A stretch of 63,183 nt of DNA, filler included, from Perkinsus olseni (Eukaryota), in assembly GCA_013115125.1 (NCBI GenBank). It is 39 parts of 39 records of this genome, joined end to end, with 100 filler letters (N's around TTAATTAATTAA, not from the genome) between each part and the next. Parts side by side here need not be neighbours in the genome. Positions count along the whole stretch, not along the records: positions 1 to 1,568 come from JABANN010001835.1; positions 1,669 to 3,235 come from JABANN010001836.1; positions 3,336 to 4,890 come from JABANN010001837.1; positions 4,991 to 6,538 come from JABANN010001838.1; positions 6,639 to 8,185 come from JABANN010001839.1; positions 8,286 to 9,830 come from JABANN010001840.1; positions 9,931 to 11,475 come from JABANN010001841.1; positions 11,576 to 13,119 come from JABANN010001842.1; 31 more parts are not named here. One strand, 5' to 3'. Position numbers and translations under genes: made by a program. The notes under the pieces were generated by a model. That model was not told where the DNA came from. It worked only from the letters and a program-made list of their open reading frames with translations, and made no database searches. Numbering within the stretch: the stretch's first letter is position 1; every line of letters begins with the position of its first letter. Below, piece by piece: positions 1 to 12,254 of the stretch.

Positions 1-681
1 CACGACCACCATACGCAGTTTGTAGCTGGCAGCGTACTGGTGTTCGCCTGAGAGACGCCGCGACTTCAGCGAGGGAAGGGCGTGGCGGCCAAACTATGGC
101 CGTCACCTTCTGCGGTCGTCTTAGGCTTGCCTAGGTTGATAACATCCCCTGCCTGGACGAAGCGTGTCTTCCCTTTCCCGATCCTCTCGCCGTTGATGAG
201 AGTGCCGTTGGTCGACTTGTCCTCCACCTAGGGGTCCGAGAAGGAGGTTGTGCAACGCAGCCCAAAGAAGATACCAACCGCCAGGGGACGAATGAAAACG
301 CACGATGATCTATTCCATCAACGCACCGAGACTGAGTATCTTTGGTTGACCCTCAGCCTCCACGGAAACAAAGATACGCCTGATCCACGATGAGCTTACA
401 CTGATGACGATACCATCGCCTTGTCGCTCTTGAGGCGACAGTATCGACAAGCCCACTATACAGTGAAGGCCGGACACGATCGTATCTGACCAGACCAGCA
501 GCTCGGGAATACCAACCAGAAGCCACGCCACAGGCCCACCGTTGACAACAATGTCGCACTCGGCCTTCCGACCGATGGTCTTCTTCTCGCCATTGCGGAT
601 CACCCACGGCTTGCCGCTGGCATGGTTCCCTTTCGGGTCGAGCAGCAGCGCTTCCTGCTGCTGCTCGGCAGTCTCAAGCAT
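1..681 (-). CDS. FHA-domain protein, multi-exon, 3' extent uncertain
   Basis: ATG at 681; TIGRKAECDIVVN, GT-AG intron 539-486, then DTIVSGLHCI; a later exon from 227 reads VEDKSTNGTLINGERIGKGKTRFVQAGDVINLG. These are the FHA G-R, SxxH and STNGT motifs. Confidence 0.85.
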
Positions 682-1189
682 CGTAAGAAAAACTACACAA
701 GGATGGACGACGGAGGTCCTTCTAGTAGGAAATCGTAAACGGCAAATGCTGACCGCAGAATCGCCGCCGAGGACTAGAACAGACGATCGACGGTGGTGAG
801 AAACACCTTACAAAATCCTTGTCATCATCATAATCAACTGAAGAACTTGAAGCCATAGCAAGATGCCACTACAGTGCACAGCACACGGGTAACTGACGCT
901 ACGCGTTTCGGAGGTCAACAACCTCGACCACCGAGCACCTGAGAGTGACCCCAAGGGGCAACGCGGTAGCCCGGGCCCGCCCCCCCCCTACCGAGCCCGC
1001 TTGTTAGCCTCATCGTCACTCGGTACTGACGCATACTCCTCATCCTTCGGCCTGACAAAGAAGCTCTATCAGCCCGTTTCCGAGAGGACTGCCACCACGA
1101 CCACCTCCGGCATTCCGCGATTTGCGGCGGCAAGCTCTCATTTCTAGTATGGCAATCCCCATAAACCTGATTGGCCTCGCGTGCCTAAA

Positions 1190-1553
1190 AAGACCTCATC
1201 CGGCCACGAATATCTTCCTAGTCGATCACTCACCACCGCGCTGTACTTGGCCAGCATCTGCCTCATGGCTCGCATCTGCCTCTCGGCATCTTCCTTCGCG
1301 CGCGTCGAGCTCACTGGCAGCCTCCCTGACAGAATCCCCCCACCTCGCGGCCTCAGCCTCTAGCCTGGCGCGGTCCTAAGTAACACCATCATCTTGCCAG
1401 GTCGTAATGCACCACCGAAAACGCCAAGGAGTCACTCCTTGGCTCCAAAGCTCTGCGGCTTCCTCGATAGCTACCAGGGCATCCTCCTTCGTCTGAGCCA
1501 TCGCCTTCAGGACGCGCACCCGGACTGTGAGCTCGTCGTTACCATCCTTCAAC
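1190..1553 (-). CDS. Exon fragments of a hypothetical coiled-coil protein
   Basis: After a TTTTTCTGCTCAG acceptor the frame reads LKDGNDELTVRVRVLKAMAQTKEDALVAIEEAAELW, with further E/R/A-rich short exons; boundaries approximate. Confidence 0.4.
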
Positions 1554-1976
1554 CTGAGCAGAAAAACGNNNNNNNNNNNNNNNNNNNNNNNNNNNNNNNN
1601 NNNNNNNNNNNNTTAATTAATTAANNNNNNNNNNNNNNNNNNNNNNNNNNNNNNNNNNNNNNNNNNNNTGGCAGTGTCCGAATCTGTGGTGTACGGGTTG
1701 ATACCTTGTACGAGTTGACCACTGTCCGAATTGCCACTGCCTCAGTTGGGATACACCCCTCTGGGCGTAGCGTCGCCTGTATTTGGCGCCAATCAACCGC
1801 GTGAACGACCAGCCCCGCACATTATCTTTCGCAACGCCCAGCGCTCGAAGCTCTCTCAGTTCCACTAATGGAAGAGCCAAGTGAGCGCAGAGGGAAGCGA
1901 GATAGCAAGACTTATCATCCACGGAGAATTTTCCCGCACAGCGGTGCTAAACTCTGTTTCTGCAACCTCGGACTGG

Positions 1977-2363
1977 CACTACACCTTTTAAAGGCCTATT
2001 TCGCGATCAGTAGGATCAATTTCGCAGAAGTCATTATGACTCCCATGATACCTCGTCGCCAGCCACGAGAGAAATCCAAGAAGCCCGATGCCACGGTAGC
2101 TCTCATCATCAGATTTGTGACTTGGATTTGGCATCATGAAAGGCGAAACGGCCAGCCTACAACAGTCGGACGTCAGAATCCGTCACTAGAGCGAAATTGA
2201 ATCTACTACCAGCGAAATTGATTTCCGCATTTCGTCGAAATTGGACTTACTTCGGGTGTGCCGGCGAAATTGATTGTACTAAGGCATATCTTGGCGCGGG
2301 TGATCACTCGCCCTGCGAAATTCATCTTACTGATCGCGAAATAGGCCTTTAAAAGGTGTAGTG
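1977..2363. mobile_element. 387-bp non-autonomous terminal-inverted-repeat (TIR) element (MITE)
   Basis: 51-bp terminal inverted repeats with 2 mismatches, CACTACACCTTTTAAAGGCCTATTTCGCG...; repeated internal CGAAATT motifs; no coding capacity. Confidence 0.9.
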
Positions 2364-5300
2364 ACGCCTCCCTTAGGGAGGCTCCCTAGGGCATTCAACA
2401 CCTCTGTACACTCAGCAATACATCCGAGGAGGGTCCTACGGGAGAAACCTCTCGCCGCTGGAGGCCGATTTCAACGGAATTACTTCCCCCAATTTCGTTT
2501 GCTCGAAAGTTCGTTTCGGAAGATTGCGGCTTTCCGTAAGGTAAGGAAGTTCGTTGATGACCGAGCTCTGCCTCGTTCCGAACCTCGCAGACAGCGTGTC
2601 TCCTTCGACCACCTGGCGCTGAATGATTCAATTTGAATCACGGGTGGATCGTCGAACACCCAACTGTCAAAGCCCAAAAGAGGTCACACAGTGCCGGGCG
2701 TATCCGCGGATATTGCAAGTCCAATAACACCTGTTCAAGGTCTAGTGGTGAACTGTACGCTACAACTTGGTTTGAAGAGTTAACTTGGAGAAGTTGTCAC
2801 TAATATCAGCTTGTTGGACATTCTCTTCGCTCATACCGAGTCTATCATCCTACGCTGCTAGGGTGGCACTGGCCTTCCACCTGGTGGAGGGGATGTCGAC
2901 CTCGGAGAAGATTCGGGAGAATCCGGTACAAACAAAGGTGGGTGACCTTGTATGATGGTCGGTTTCCTTGTTCGATTGCTGTGACGTCCTTGCAGGTACC
3001 TGTCGATAATGCTAAGCAACAGGCAACCAACCATGTTGCAACACTTTCTGATCGCGATGATCAATTTGTGAGGATATTCCATCTTGAGGCAGTCGATCAC
3101 CTTCCCTTCAGTGTGCTGTGGGTTGTGATGCTGAAGGAGCTGTGAATTTTATTGTCAAAGAGACGGCTAACTCTGAGTGATGGAACATCCTCAGCACTCC
3201 CCCTTAGGAGGGTCATGCGTGGCAATTTCTCAGATNNNNNNNNNNNNNNNNNNNNNNNNNNNNNNNNNNNNNNNNNNNNTTAATTAATTAANNNNNNNNN
3301 NNNNNNNNNNNNNNNNNNNNNNNNNNNNNNNNNNNTCAAAGTGCTTCCTAACTCAGTGGGGTAAATGCCTTGATCACGAGTGCCGTACTCTTGGTCCCGG
3401 TGTTCTCATTATTCAGCCCGGTGCCATGAACGATACCAACTTCAGTACCGCTGCAGGGTGCAAGGCGTCGCCTCTGTTTGCTCTTTTCGACATGTCATCT
3501 GAAAAGTGTACTGACGAAGTCGTTTGGAGGATCCAAAATGATGATGCTCGTATCGCTACTGGTGTCCACACCATCGGCTTCAAGAATCAGTTCTTGGTTG
3601 CCCTCGAGCCCTGGCTTAGTGATAGCTTTGCTGCGTGGGTTGGTAGGATGGAGATGCTTCAGCCCAACACTCCTTATCTTCTAGGGATGAACGCCAGAGA
3701 GAGTAAGCTCGCACTCCATTTTCCGTGAGCTACTTTACTTTTCTTTCTAGTCGGCCTGGTTTCGATGGACTTGTCTTTTTGCGACGAGGACACTCATGAA
3801 AATAGGTGTCCGAGTCGAGACGGCCCTAACCAGAGTTATATGTCACGTTCAGTGGCCTGCTGAGTGTTGTTTGTGAGTGAGAGAGGAACCGTGCAAAGTG
3901 TGGTTCCCCTCCAGCGACGTCTCTCAAGCATTTTTGCCGTCTTTTCCTCTAACCGGTAGCTGTCGAGTTTACGAGTCATCGTTTTGTTCAAATGATGGCC
4001 GCTGTCACTTCGTCTACGAGGGTCTTGGAGGAAACTGAATGCCCGAGAGCGGTCCCGTCATTTCTTATTCCATCACCAACTGCGAATTTTGGTGAAAGTA
4101 TTTTTCTCATCCCGGTGGTACTACGCCCATCGAGGGATTTTTACGGATAGTTCTGTCTACGAGGACACAGTTTTCTGTCCCATCGGACCAGCCTCGTACG
4201 TTTCTGGCTAAATTATTTACTCACATTGTGTTGTCTCCGGCACACAGTGTTGGACTTCCCGAGGTGTAGAGGGGACCTCATGCAGTACCCACCAGACAGT
4301 AGGATAGTTCTGTATTCATCATATGAAGAAAGAGCCCAGACCGTTGCAAAGCTGGATTGAGAACGACGCTCGTACATTTGATTTCTTTTCTCCGCAAGAG
4401 ATTCTTTCATCGTGGAATGCCGGCACAAATCCTCAGTCCACAACAAGCATCTCAGCGGTCTTGGTATCGGTTCCGCGTCTTGAACGCTGAGCATTCTTAA
4501 GCCGCCCTGAGTTCTTTTATGTTCCAAGATTGCCTAGTGAGTGACCGAGAACCGTGGCCTAGCTTCCGCCGGAAACCTTCCGGTATTCTAAGTTGTCCCC
4601 CTATGTGTTCTAGCTAGTGTTTTGGGGTTTCATTTAAGATGCGCTAGCGTGACTTATACGTTAACCGGTGTTGAAGTTGAGTTGGTGGTTCATTTCGAAC
4701 GGTACAGTCCAGTTGATTTGAAAAATGGCTGAAAAGCAAAGTTTGCCAGTGGTCCTTTCTATGGGTGCTTATCCATTCAACTTCTTTGAGTGGTTGACTC
4801 TCATAGCGATTATGCTTTGTTGCACACCCATCATCTTGACGGGTCTGGCTTTATCTTGGGTCGTCCACAAACTTCAGGGCCCTATCTTCANNNNNNNNNN
4901 NNNNNNNNNNNNNNNNNNNNNNNNNNNNNNNNNNTTAATTAATTAANNNNNNNNNNNNNNNNNNNNNNNNNNNNNNNNNNNNNNNNNNNNCTACGGGCTA
5001 TGGTGAGACGTCTACCACATCCCGTCCGCGGTTGAAGAAGTTGCTCCTATGGTATGTTTAGAACCTCTACCACGGTACGTGACCACAACCACATCGACTA
5101 CTATAAGCCGAGGGTTCTACTTCAACTGCATCTACTGTGTACGCCACTACCTGACGTACACGAACTGGGTTCCGATGGTATGGTCGCCTAACGGCTGCTA
5201 TGTCCGCCCGGGATGGTTCCCACTGGTACTCTTCAGAGCGCCAACTTCATCGACATTCTCCCTCACGACTTCAGCATCAACATGGTGGATGTCACGTAAC

Positions 5301-5663
5301 GTCTAGTCTCTTACCTGCTGCGTCATCGGTGGCTAAGTGCGGGCTATTCGTTACCTATTCCAAGCCCCTACGGTCTGGCGATACGTGATTCAACTTATCT
5401 CCTACGCTAACGTATCATATGACCCAGGTTACTCTATACCTACGACTACTAGAAGAGTGACCCTGTACCTCATGGTTAGTCTTATGACGAAGACCCTCTA
5501 TGGTGGTATAGTGAGTAGTCAACTACGTCTATTTGACGACTTATTCACTTTATATATAGACGTTTGAGTTATAACGTCAATTCAAGAGGAGATTGGCATT
5601 GGTTGGAACAAATACGTGGTAATCAATACCAGCGACTTGTTATATTCGCACTCTCCTATCTGT

Positions 5664-6538
5664 ATGCCTGCTAACCCCGACAACAACGACAACAACAACG
5701 GCATTGGTGTTGGCGCTGGCACCTCCATTGGTATCAACACCGACCCCAACGTCGTTCCGCCAGCTGTGTTCAGAAGGCCACTACTTCTGGACCCCCCACG
5801 TGAACCCTTCCGTGTTCAACACCCACCACAACCAGTCTACATTCCGGCTGACTACCACCCCCAAAGACGTCGCAGATTTCAAGAAGAAGATGACGCTCTA
5901 TCGGAAGACACCCTCCACTCCAGTCAGAGAGGAGGTGGCTCTCGTCGACGACCTCAACGACGCCAATATGAGTCGGACGACGGAAGTTCAGCTGAAAGCT
6001 ACTACCGTAAGGGAAGAAGACCCAGAAGATCAAGATCCTCTTCAAGTGATTCCTCCGAGGAACCACGCAGACGTCAACGTGCTCATGGACGACTACCAAG
6101 AGGATCTGGTCTAACCTCTGGCGCGTACTACGTACCTCCCCAACGTGGTACGACAACTACCGACCGGTGCTACGGATGCGGCCATCGTCGTTGCCAAAAC
6201 CCCATCACGGTGAAGGACTTCGACACCATGCAGAACGTGATCCGTACTCTCAAGCCTGAGAAGAACTTCGAGGGCGCTAAGGACGACCGTTCTGGTACGA
6301 CTTGGGTCGCGCAGATGCACCACGAGACCGAAGGCCACCCTGACGTTGTACGTTACCTATGGCTGAAGAGGTACACGTCAGCTAAGGTGTGGAATGAAGT
6401 AACTGGTGGTATGATTCCTCCTACACGTTGTTATCACGCCTATGAACGACAAGTTAAGAAGATCATCAAACAGCTACGGAAGACGTTCGACACTGATGAA
6501 CACCTGCACAAGACGGAGCACACCTTCAACAACTGCGC
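5664..6538 (+). mobile_element. Gag-like ORF of a retrotransposon, 3' truncated by contig end
   Basis: Intronless ORF with a low-complexity N-terminus, then NFEGAKDDRSGTTWVAQM, resembling AYRGRTDDRSITAYL in the gag-like frame at 10506-11182. Confidence 0.6.
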
Positions 6539-8285
6539 NNNNNNNNNNNNNNNNNNNNNNNNNNNNNNNNNNNNNNNNNNNNTTAATTAATTAANNNNNN
6601 NNNNNNNNNNNNNNNNNNNNNNNNNNNNNNNNNNNNNNAGGAGGGGGTAGAGGGCCTTGGTGACACGCTTCGTTCCATAGTAGTTGATGCTCATGGTAAG
6701 CTTAGCCTGATGACACGATCGAGCTCAGTTGGTCGAGCCGGTTAGTTGGTCTCAGTTTCACGATCGAGAGTCCGAACAGGTTCTGGACTGCCAACTGCCT
6801 CTTGACCAGTTGACCCCTCTGACCATTTTCACAACACATTTTTCTCACCTCTGCAAAATCTCCCGGGCATTCCTCAACCACAACTTCTGCTTAACAAGCT
6901 GGCGCTTCGCCTCAGCCTCCCTAAAATCGATCGCTCGGGCGAGCGAGATCGTCACGACTATGAGGACTCGAGTTAAACTCTCGTACTCCCACTCCTCGGT
7001 CGAAAGATATTCTGCTTCCGTTATTTCCCCCTCGTCAGCAACCTTGACTTCTCCTTCCTTCAACCTAGGATATGCGATGCAGGCATGAATGAGGGCAGAC
7101 GCGCTCGCCCGAGCGATCGATTTCCACTCTTTCGTGCTGGAACAGACTGTTCCGATTCATGATGGGTTAGTCGTTTAATGAGTGGACGAGTCGAAGCATG
7201 TTCGCCAAATCCTCAGAAGCAGGTCGCGAGTTCGATTCCCACTGGCAGCAATTTTACAACAATTATTCCTGTACAGTCGAAACTAGCATACAATTCGTCC
7301 CGCAGTCGTCCCACCTCTCCCGCAGACCCAAAATCTTCTCCTCCAGCCGATGGACCTCCTGTCGTAGACACCGTAGAGCGCTGCTCCCACTTCCATCGAA
7401 CGTATCTTAGGTTGAAGACAGGCTATCACACTCTCCAAAGATTCCGATACCTTTCTCAGTATGCCGCCCTTGACGGACGTGAGCAACTCCTGTCGATGCG
7501 GCGATCGGCGTAAGACTAAGCAACTGGTTATCTCTGAACCTCCTCTTGGGACTCTGGAGCCTTAGCGGAGCGAAGCAATTCACGTTTCGCAGTTTCGTCA
7601 ACCTCTACCCACCCGAAAGAAGCGACGTTTTCTTCATCTTCTACCACCTCCGTCGGTAGACCAAACATTGCATACATCGATGCTTGCTTCGTAGCGATCT
7701 GACCGGAACGTCTTAACCCGAGTTAAAACACCACAAATGCGCCGACATCAAGACGTGGTGTGTACACGGGTGTAGTAACTTCAGCAACGGTGTGATGGCC
7801 TGAACGAGACGATTCGGAAATCTTCGGCGAGCACAGGCTACTGCTGTTTGCTCCGCTCGATCCGAATTCTGACAGTCCATCTTCTATCGTGGGCTCACAC
7901 CCAGAGCACGATTCCTCCATAGCAAGCTCGAGAACTCCTCTCAGCTAAGCATGGAGAACGTTCAGTACCCACCACTGGAGTCGCAGGTCCAATCCCAACG
8001 AGGAGTATCTTCTCACCAACTTTTCCGCCAGGTCTTCATGAAGCCGATCGTAATCTGACACCAACACTACCTTCTGCAAAACGCTCGTCCGATCGACTCA
8101 CCTTTGCTATTTGATAGAACACTCTCTTCCCCGTCACTCGGTGTAGCCTCGCGCCTGAGAGCACGAATAAAATGTCGCCCGCCGGNNNNNNNNNNNNNNN
8201 NNNNNNNNNNNNNNNNNNNNNNNNNNNNNTTAATTAATTAANNNNNNNNNNNNNNNNNNNNNNNNNNNNNNNNNNNNNNNNNNNN

Positions 8286-9758
8286 TATACCAATAGGACT
8301 CGGCGGACGATCTACACCCGACGTGGGTGAACCACCACCAGGACTAGCCGAAGGCACCTTACCAATTGCTTCAAAGGTACCATCTGAACGTCTCACATAT
8401 AACGACGCACCCTCGCTCACACTACCAGCCCTAGCTCCGGACATAACCTCATCCTTAGCAATCGGTCTAGTAACACGAGAGTGATCAGAGCCATTAATAC
8501 CATCAATTATAAAACGATTACGAGTCGCATACCCGTGGCCACGATCATTACGATAGTCACCCTGGCCTGCACTACCTTGACCTCGTATAATCGGTCCCAA
8601 GGTCTTGCCGCCACATGATGCGCGGATCTGGTGATGCTGTACATTAACATAGTCACTCTCAGCCGGATAATAATTCCCAGTCTGGGTACCAGTAACACCA
8701 CCCCGATTTCCACCTTTATCATAACGACCATCATAACTACCACCATTACCACCATCACCACCATAGCGTTGAGCCATAGCCGGTTGGGGGGTAGAGATGT
8801 CGAACACGACTTCGTTGGCAGTACAATAGCGAGAACCATCATGATCAATAGTGACTTGCCTTCGGGTATCCAATGCCTTTCTCATAGTAACGTGATCGTC
8901 CTTAGGGATGGACCTCACTGAGGAGTGCGTTGACTTACACTCCTTACGATTAGACATAACCTCTGACCCAGTCATATGACCATAGCTTGGGTTCTCCGGG
9001 GGCTTTGATAGGTCTTCAATACGGCGTAATAAGGCCTCATTGACAACCTGCTGCCTAGACTCAGCCTCTCTTGCTGCACTCAATGCCTCCTGGACTCGTA
9101 ACTCCAACTTCTCAAATTGTGAAATAATAGTAGTCGGAGTCTCCTTAGCGGGTACCTCCTTAATAATATCGGTAGACCCACCAAGACCTTTCTCCTGACC
9201 ACCAACAGAAACACCACCAGAACCACCACCCAGACCAATACCAAAATGACTAGTACTAACCCCAGTCTCTAAAGGAGTCGACTTAGGGGGAACTCTACCA
9301 AGTTCTTCTAGATTTCTATCATCTTCCGTACTACTAATAATCAATGGTTCAGTTCCTCTAATAGGAATAGCGGTTCCAGAGTTTAGATCAGTACGAATAT
9401 CAGCCATAAGATCGTCGATACGCAATCGATTCCCTCTAGAGGCTTCTTCTACCTTATCCTTCGACCTATCTTCTCGGGGTATAGGATCCAACTGGAGCTC
9501 TTCTACTTCGGAGTTGTTGACATCGGGGACTTGGGGTTCTTCACCAAACTGCTTACGATAAGCCAACCGGTAAAGTATAAACTCACTCTCGTCTTGAACG
9601 TGCGAGTTACCACCCAAAATAGTCGCGACCATTTCGTCCCTCTTCAACGACGTCGGCAGTTGCCTACCAAAGCATAGACCCTCCAACTGCTCCAAAGATA
9701 GCTTAACCAGTAAAGGACCATTCCACGATAGAGCGGAATAACAAGGAGCTGCTACCAT
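8286..9758 (-). mobile_element. Gag-like ORF of an LTR retrotransposon with N-terminal SAP-like motif, truncated
   Basis: About 490 codons, intronless and low complexity; LSLEQLEGLCFGRQLPTSLKRDEMVATIL is SAP-like; begins right at an LTR end and PBS. Confidence 0.65.
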
Positions 9759-9830
9759 TTGTTGTGGATCGCGTTTTATTTAAAGAGCTCCCTATACCGA
9801 CCACGGTACTAGATAACACAATACCCGGTT
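9748..9830 (-). promoter_or_regulatory. 3' end of a 5' LTR plus primer binding site (PBS, initiator tRNA-Met type)
   Basis: Minus strand AATAAAACGCGATCCACAACA-AA-TGGTAGCAGC: AATAAA, CA terminus, 2-nt spacer, and TGGTAGCAG complementary to the eukaryotic tRNA-iMet 3' end (CUGCUACCA). Confidence 0.7.
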
Positions 9831-9944
9831 NNNNNNNNNNNNNNNNNNNNNNNNNNNNNNNNNNNNNNNNNNNNTTAATTAATTAANNNNNNNNNNNNNN
9901 NNNNNNNNNNNNNNNNNNNNNNNNNNNNNNTGTGCGATTCCACC

Positions 9945-11182
9945 ATGGATTACGCTCTTGTGTGAGCTGTTACAACACCCTCATCCCTTGTTGAGCCTCA
10001 GTCGTGGCACATGGTGGAGAACCCGGGCCTCTTCTCGAGTTCCTCGACCTTGGCTCTATCGAAGATCTTCAATACTTGACACTCGCCGACCTGGACGAGC
10101 AGTTCCGCGCCAAAAACGCATCGCCTGCTACCAAAGCCGGGATGCGCCGCCTTTTCCACGCCCACTTCAAGACCCCCCTGGTGTATCGGAGGCCCCTTCT
10201 CCCTCCGCCAGACCCTCTGACACCTCTGTCCAGATCCTGAACTCCGTTGGATCTGGAAGTTAGCGATCGCCCGAGATATCCGAAACGGCTGGCCGACCAT
10301 CGGTGATGACAACTATTATTTTGGTTTGATGATATTTTGGACTCCTATGGCGTTGTATATAAGCAATTAAGATAGGTCTAGTGATAGCGTGTGCACGCAT
10401 GAGTCCGTGTTGAGCCGTAGCCATCTTGGCTCAAGTTTGTTTGTTCTAATCTCCATCCTCCCCCTCGCGTCGTGTTCCACAGTCCTGGGACGGTGAAAAC
10501 TAACACTCCCTCAGCCGCGAGTCGCGGCCCGCGACGGCCCCTCTAGCCTCCTCACGACTGATGCCTGGAGCACTTCCGGCTCTGACCCCGCTCCTACCGT
10601 TTCCGCCACCAAGTTCCTCGACGTCGTGCGATGCATCACACTCCCGAACAACAATGCCTACCGCGGTCGGACCGACGACCGCAGCATCACCGCTTACCTC
10701 AACAGTCTCTATCAAGAGGTCGTCCAAGCTGATTTGACCCACCGTCAAGCTTGGCTTCTTCTCCTTCGTGCGTTCGACGAGCCTGCCAAGACCAGTCTCC
10801 GCCAGGCGGTTCAGGCATCCTGCGTGCCTCGTGGCGTGTGGATGAAGGATTTCGCCCTTATGGTTCGTGAAGGAGCTTCCTGGGCAGAACGTCAATATGG
10901 CGAGTCCAACTCTCACGACCGCATCGATGACAAGTTCGACGACTTCAAGCAGCGCTACGGCGAATCCGTCCATGCTCTCGCGGACCGCCTCGCTTTGCTC
11001 AAGTATGAGGCTGATTCCGCCGGATACGCTGTTACCCCGTCTCAGCTCCTTCGCGTTTATCGTCGTTCTCTGTATCCCCGTCTTCGCACTCTCGCCTCCA
11101 CCACCTACTGTGGTTGCGATACGGTCGACGCTCTTGTTCGCCACCTTCACCGACATCTCCGTCAGAATCCTGACTTCGACAA
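9945..11182 (+). pseudogene. Disrupted retrotransposon gag
   Basis: Gag motif FDDFKQRYGESVHALADRL; N-terminal part has a stop and a frameshift; interrupted at about 10206-10505 and cut at 11183 by another repeat. Confidence 0.7.
10414..10435 (+). other. Genomic spliced-leader copy, Perkinsus 22-nt type
   Basis: GCCGTAGCCATCTTGGCTCAAG, 21/22 to ACCGTAGCCATCTTGGCTCAAG; followed by TTTGT rather than a GT donor, so not an SL RNA gene. Confidence 0.92.
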
Positions 11183-11322
11183 GGGGTGTATTACGATTCG
11201 TACACCGAAAACTCGTACACTATCGCTTCGTACACGGCTCGTACTGTACGAGGTGTACACTGAATACTCGTTCACTCGTCGGATTCATACATCGTCATTT
11301 CGTACACTTGAGACTCGTACAC
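11183..11322 (+). repeat. Dispersed repeat with TCGTACAC sub-repeats (putative DNA-transposon end), copy 1
   Basis: GGGGTGTATTACGATTCGTACACCGAAAACTCGTACA; related to 19766-19839 and 55333-55404 on the minus strand. Confidence 0.75.
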
Positions 11323-11326
11323 GCCG

Positions 11327-11475
11327 GTGGGGAACACGCGGCACTACCTCCTCTCCTGTCCGCTCCTGGAGCAGGCTAGGAATAGGGTCAAAGGTGGTGT
11401 CCCCTACCATTTATATAAACTAATTGTTGATTTGAAGCGACGCAAGTCCTTCAATCAACTTTGTTCGGCCCTCAT
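11327..11475 (+). mobile_element. LINE ORF2 C-terminal fragment
   Basis: TRHYLLSCPLLEQAR matches the H-x4-C-P half of the non-LTR C-terminal CCHC motif. Confidence 0.5.
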
Positions 11476-12254
11476 NNNNNNNNNNNNNNNNNNNNNNNNN
11501 NNNNNNNNNNNNNNNNNNNTTAATTAATTAANNNNNNNNNNNNNNNNNNNNNNNNNNNNNNNNNNNNNNNNNNNNATGCTGATGCGCTGCGCTGATGTCC
11601 CAGCGCCGCTGCGCGCACTGGGACATCAGTTGAGGCCGAGCGAGTAAAAATGGTAGATTTTTGAACCCGCAGGGATTCGCTGACTGTGTATTAAAAGTTG
11701 CGGAACGCGAGAAGGCAGAACAATCAATGATGGATAGCCGTTCTCCCGTGAGCTGGAAAAGATGAAAAAATGACCATTTTGCATTTTTCCCCAGCAAGCT
11801 TTAGAAGCCTTTGTGATTGCACGTTGCAATTTGCACCGAGCTCATCCTCTATCGGAGCAATGTCAACTCCAACCTTGGCTGCCAGCCTGGCATTGCCGAG
11901 GACATGCGCGGTCAAAAGCAAGTGGACGATGAGGGAGAGAAGCACGAAAATGCACTTTGGAGAGTGATGAGTACAGTAGCACCACAGTAGTTTTCCATGG
12001 CCCGGACCCGTTGGGCGATCCGCCTCGGACCATGCAACGAGCGGCAAGGGTGCAAACAGCGTGACCTCAGATCCTCTCCTGTTGCTTTCTGAACATTATC
12101 CAGAGAGAGCTGCAGCGAACTCCTTCATCGCTTCTGCATCGACCTCAACGTAGCACACAAGTTCATGCGTGCGAGTTGGCCCGCACACGTGGCTCGATCG
12201 GTTTTGCTGTAGCGGATAACGGGTCAAGCTTCTGAGATAATTCTTGTGGTCAAA

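Noticed and set aside
7221-7250. tRNA T-arm-like AGGTCGCGAGTTCGATTCCCACTGGCAGCA
   Set aside because: The T stem has two mismatches and there is no matching 5' acceptor strand or D arm.
10414-10435. SL RNA gene
   Set aside because: None of the three SL copies is followed by a GT splice donor.
10500-11156. Long antisense or alternate-frame ORFs (also 54434-55066, 44350-44844, 33267-33746)
   Set aside because: Shadows of genuine coding frames, with no motifs of their own.
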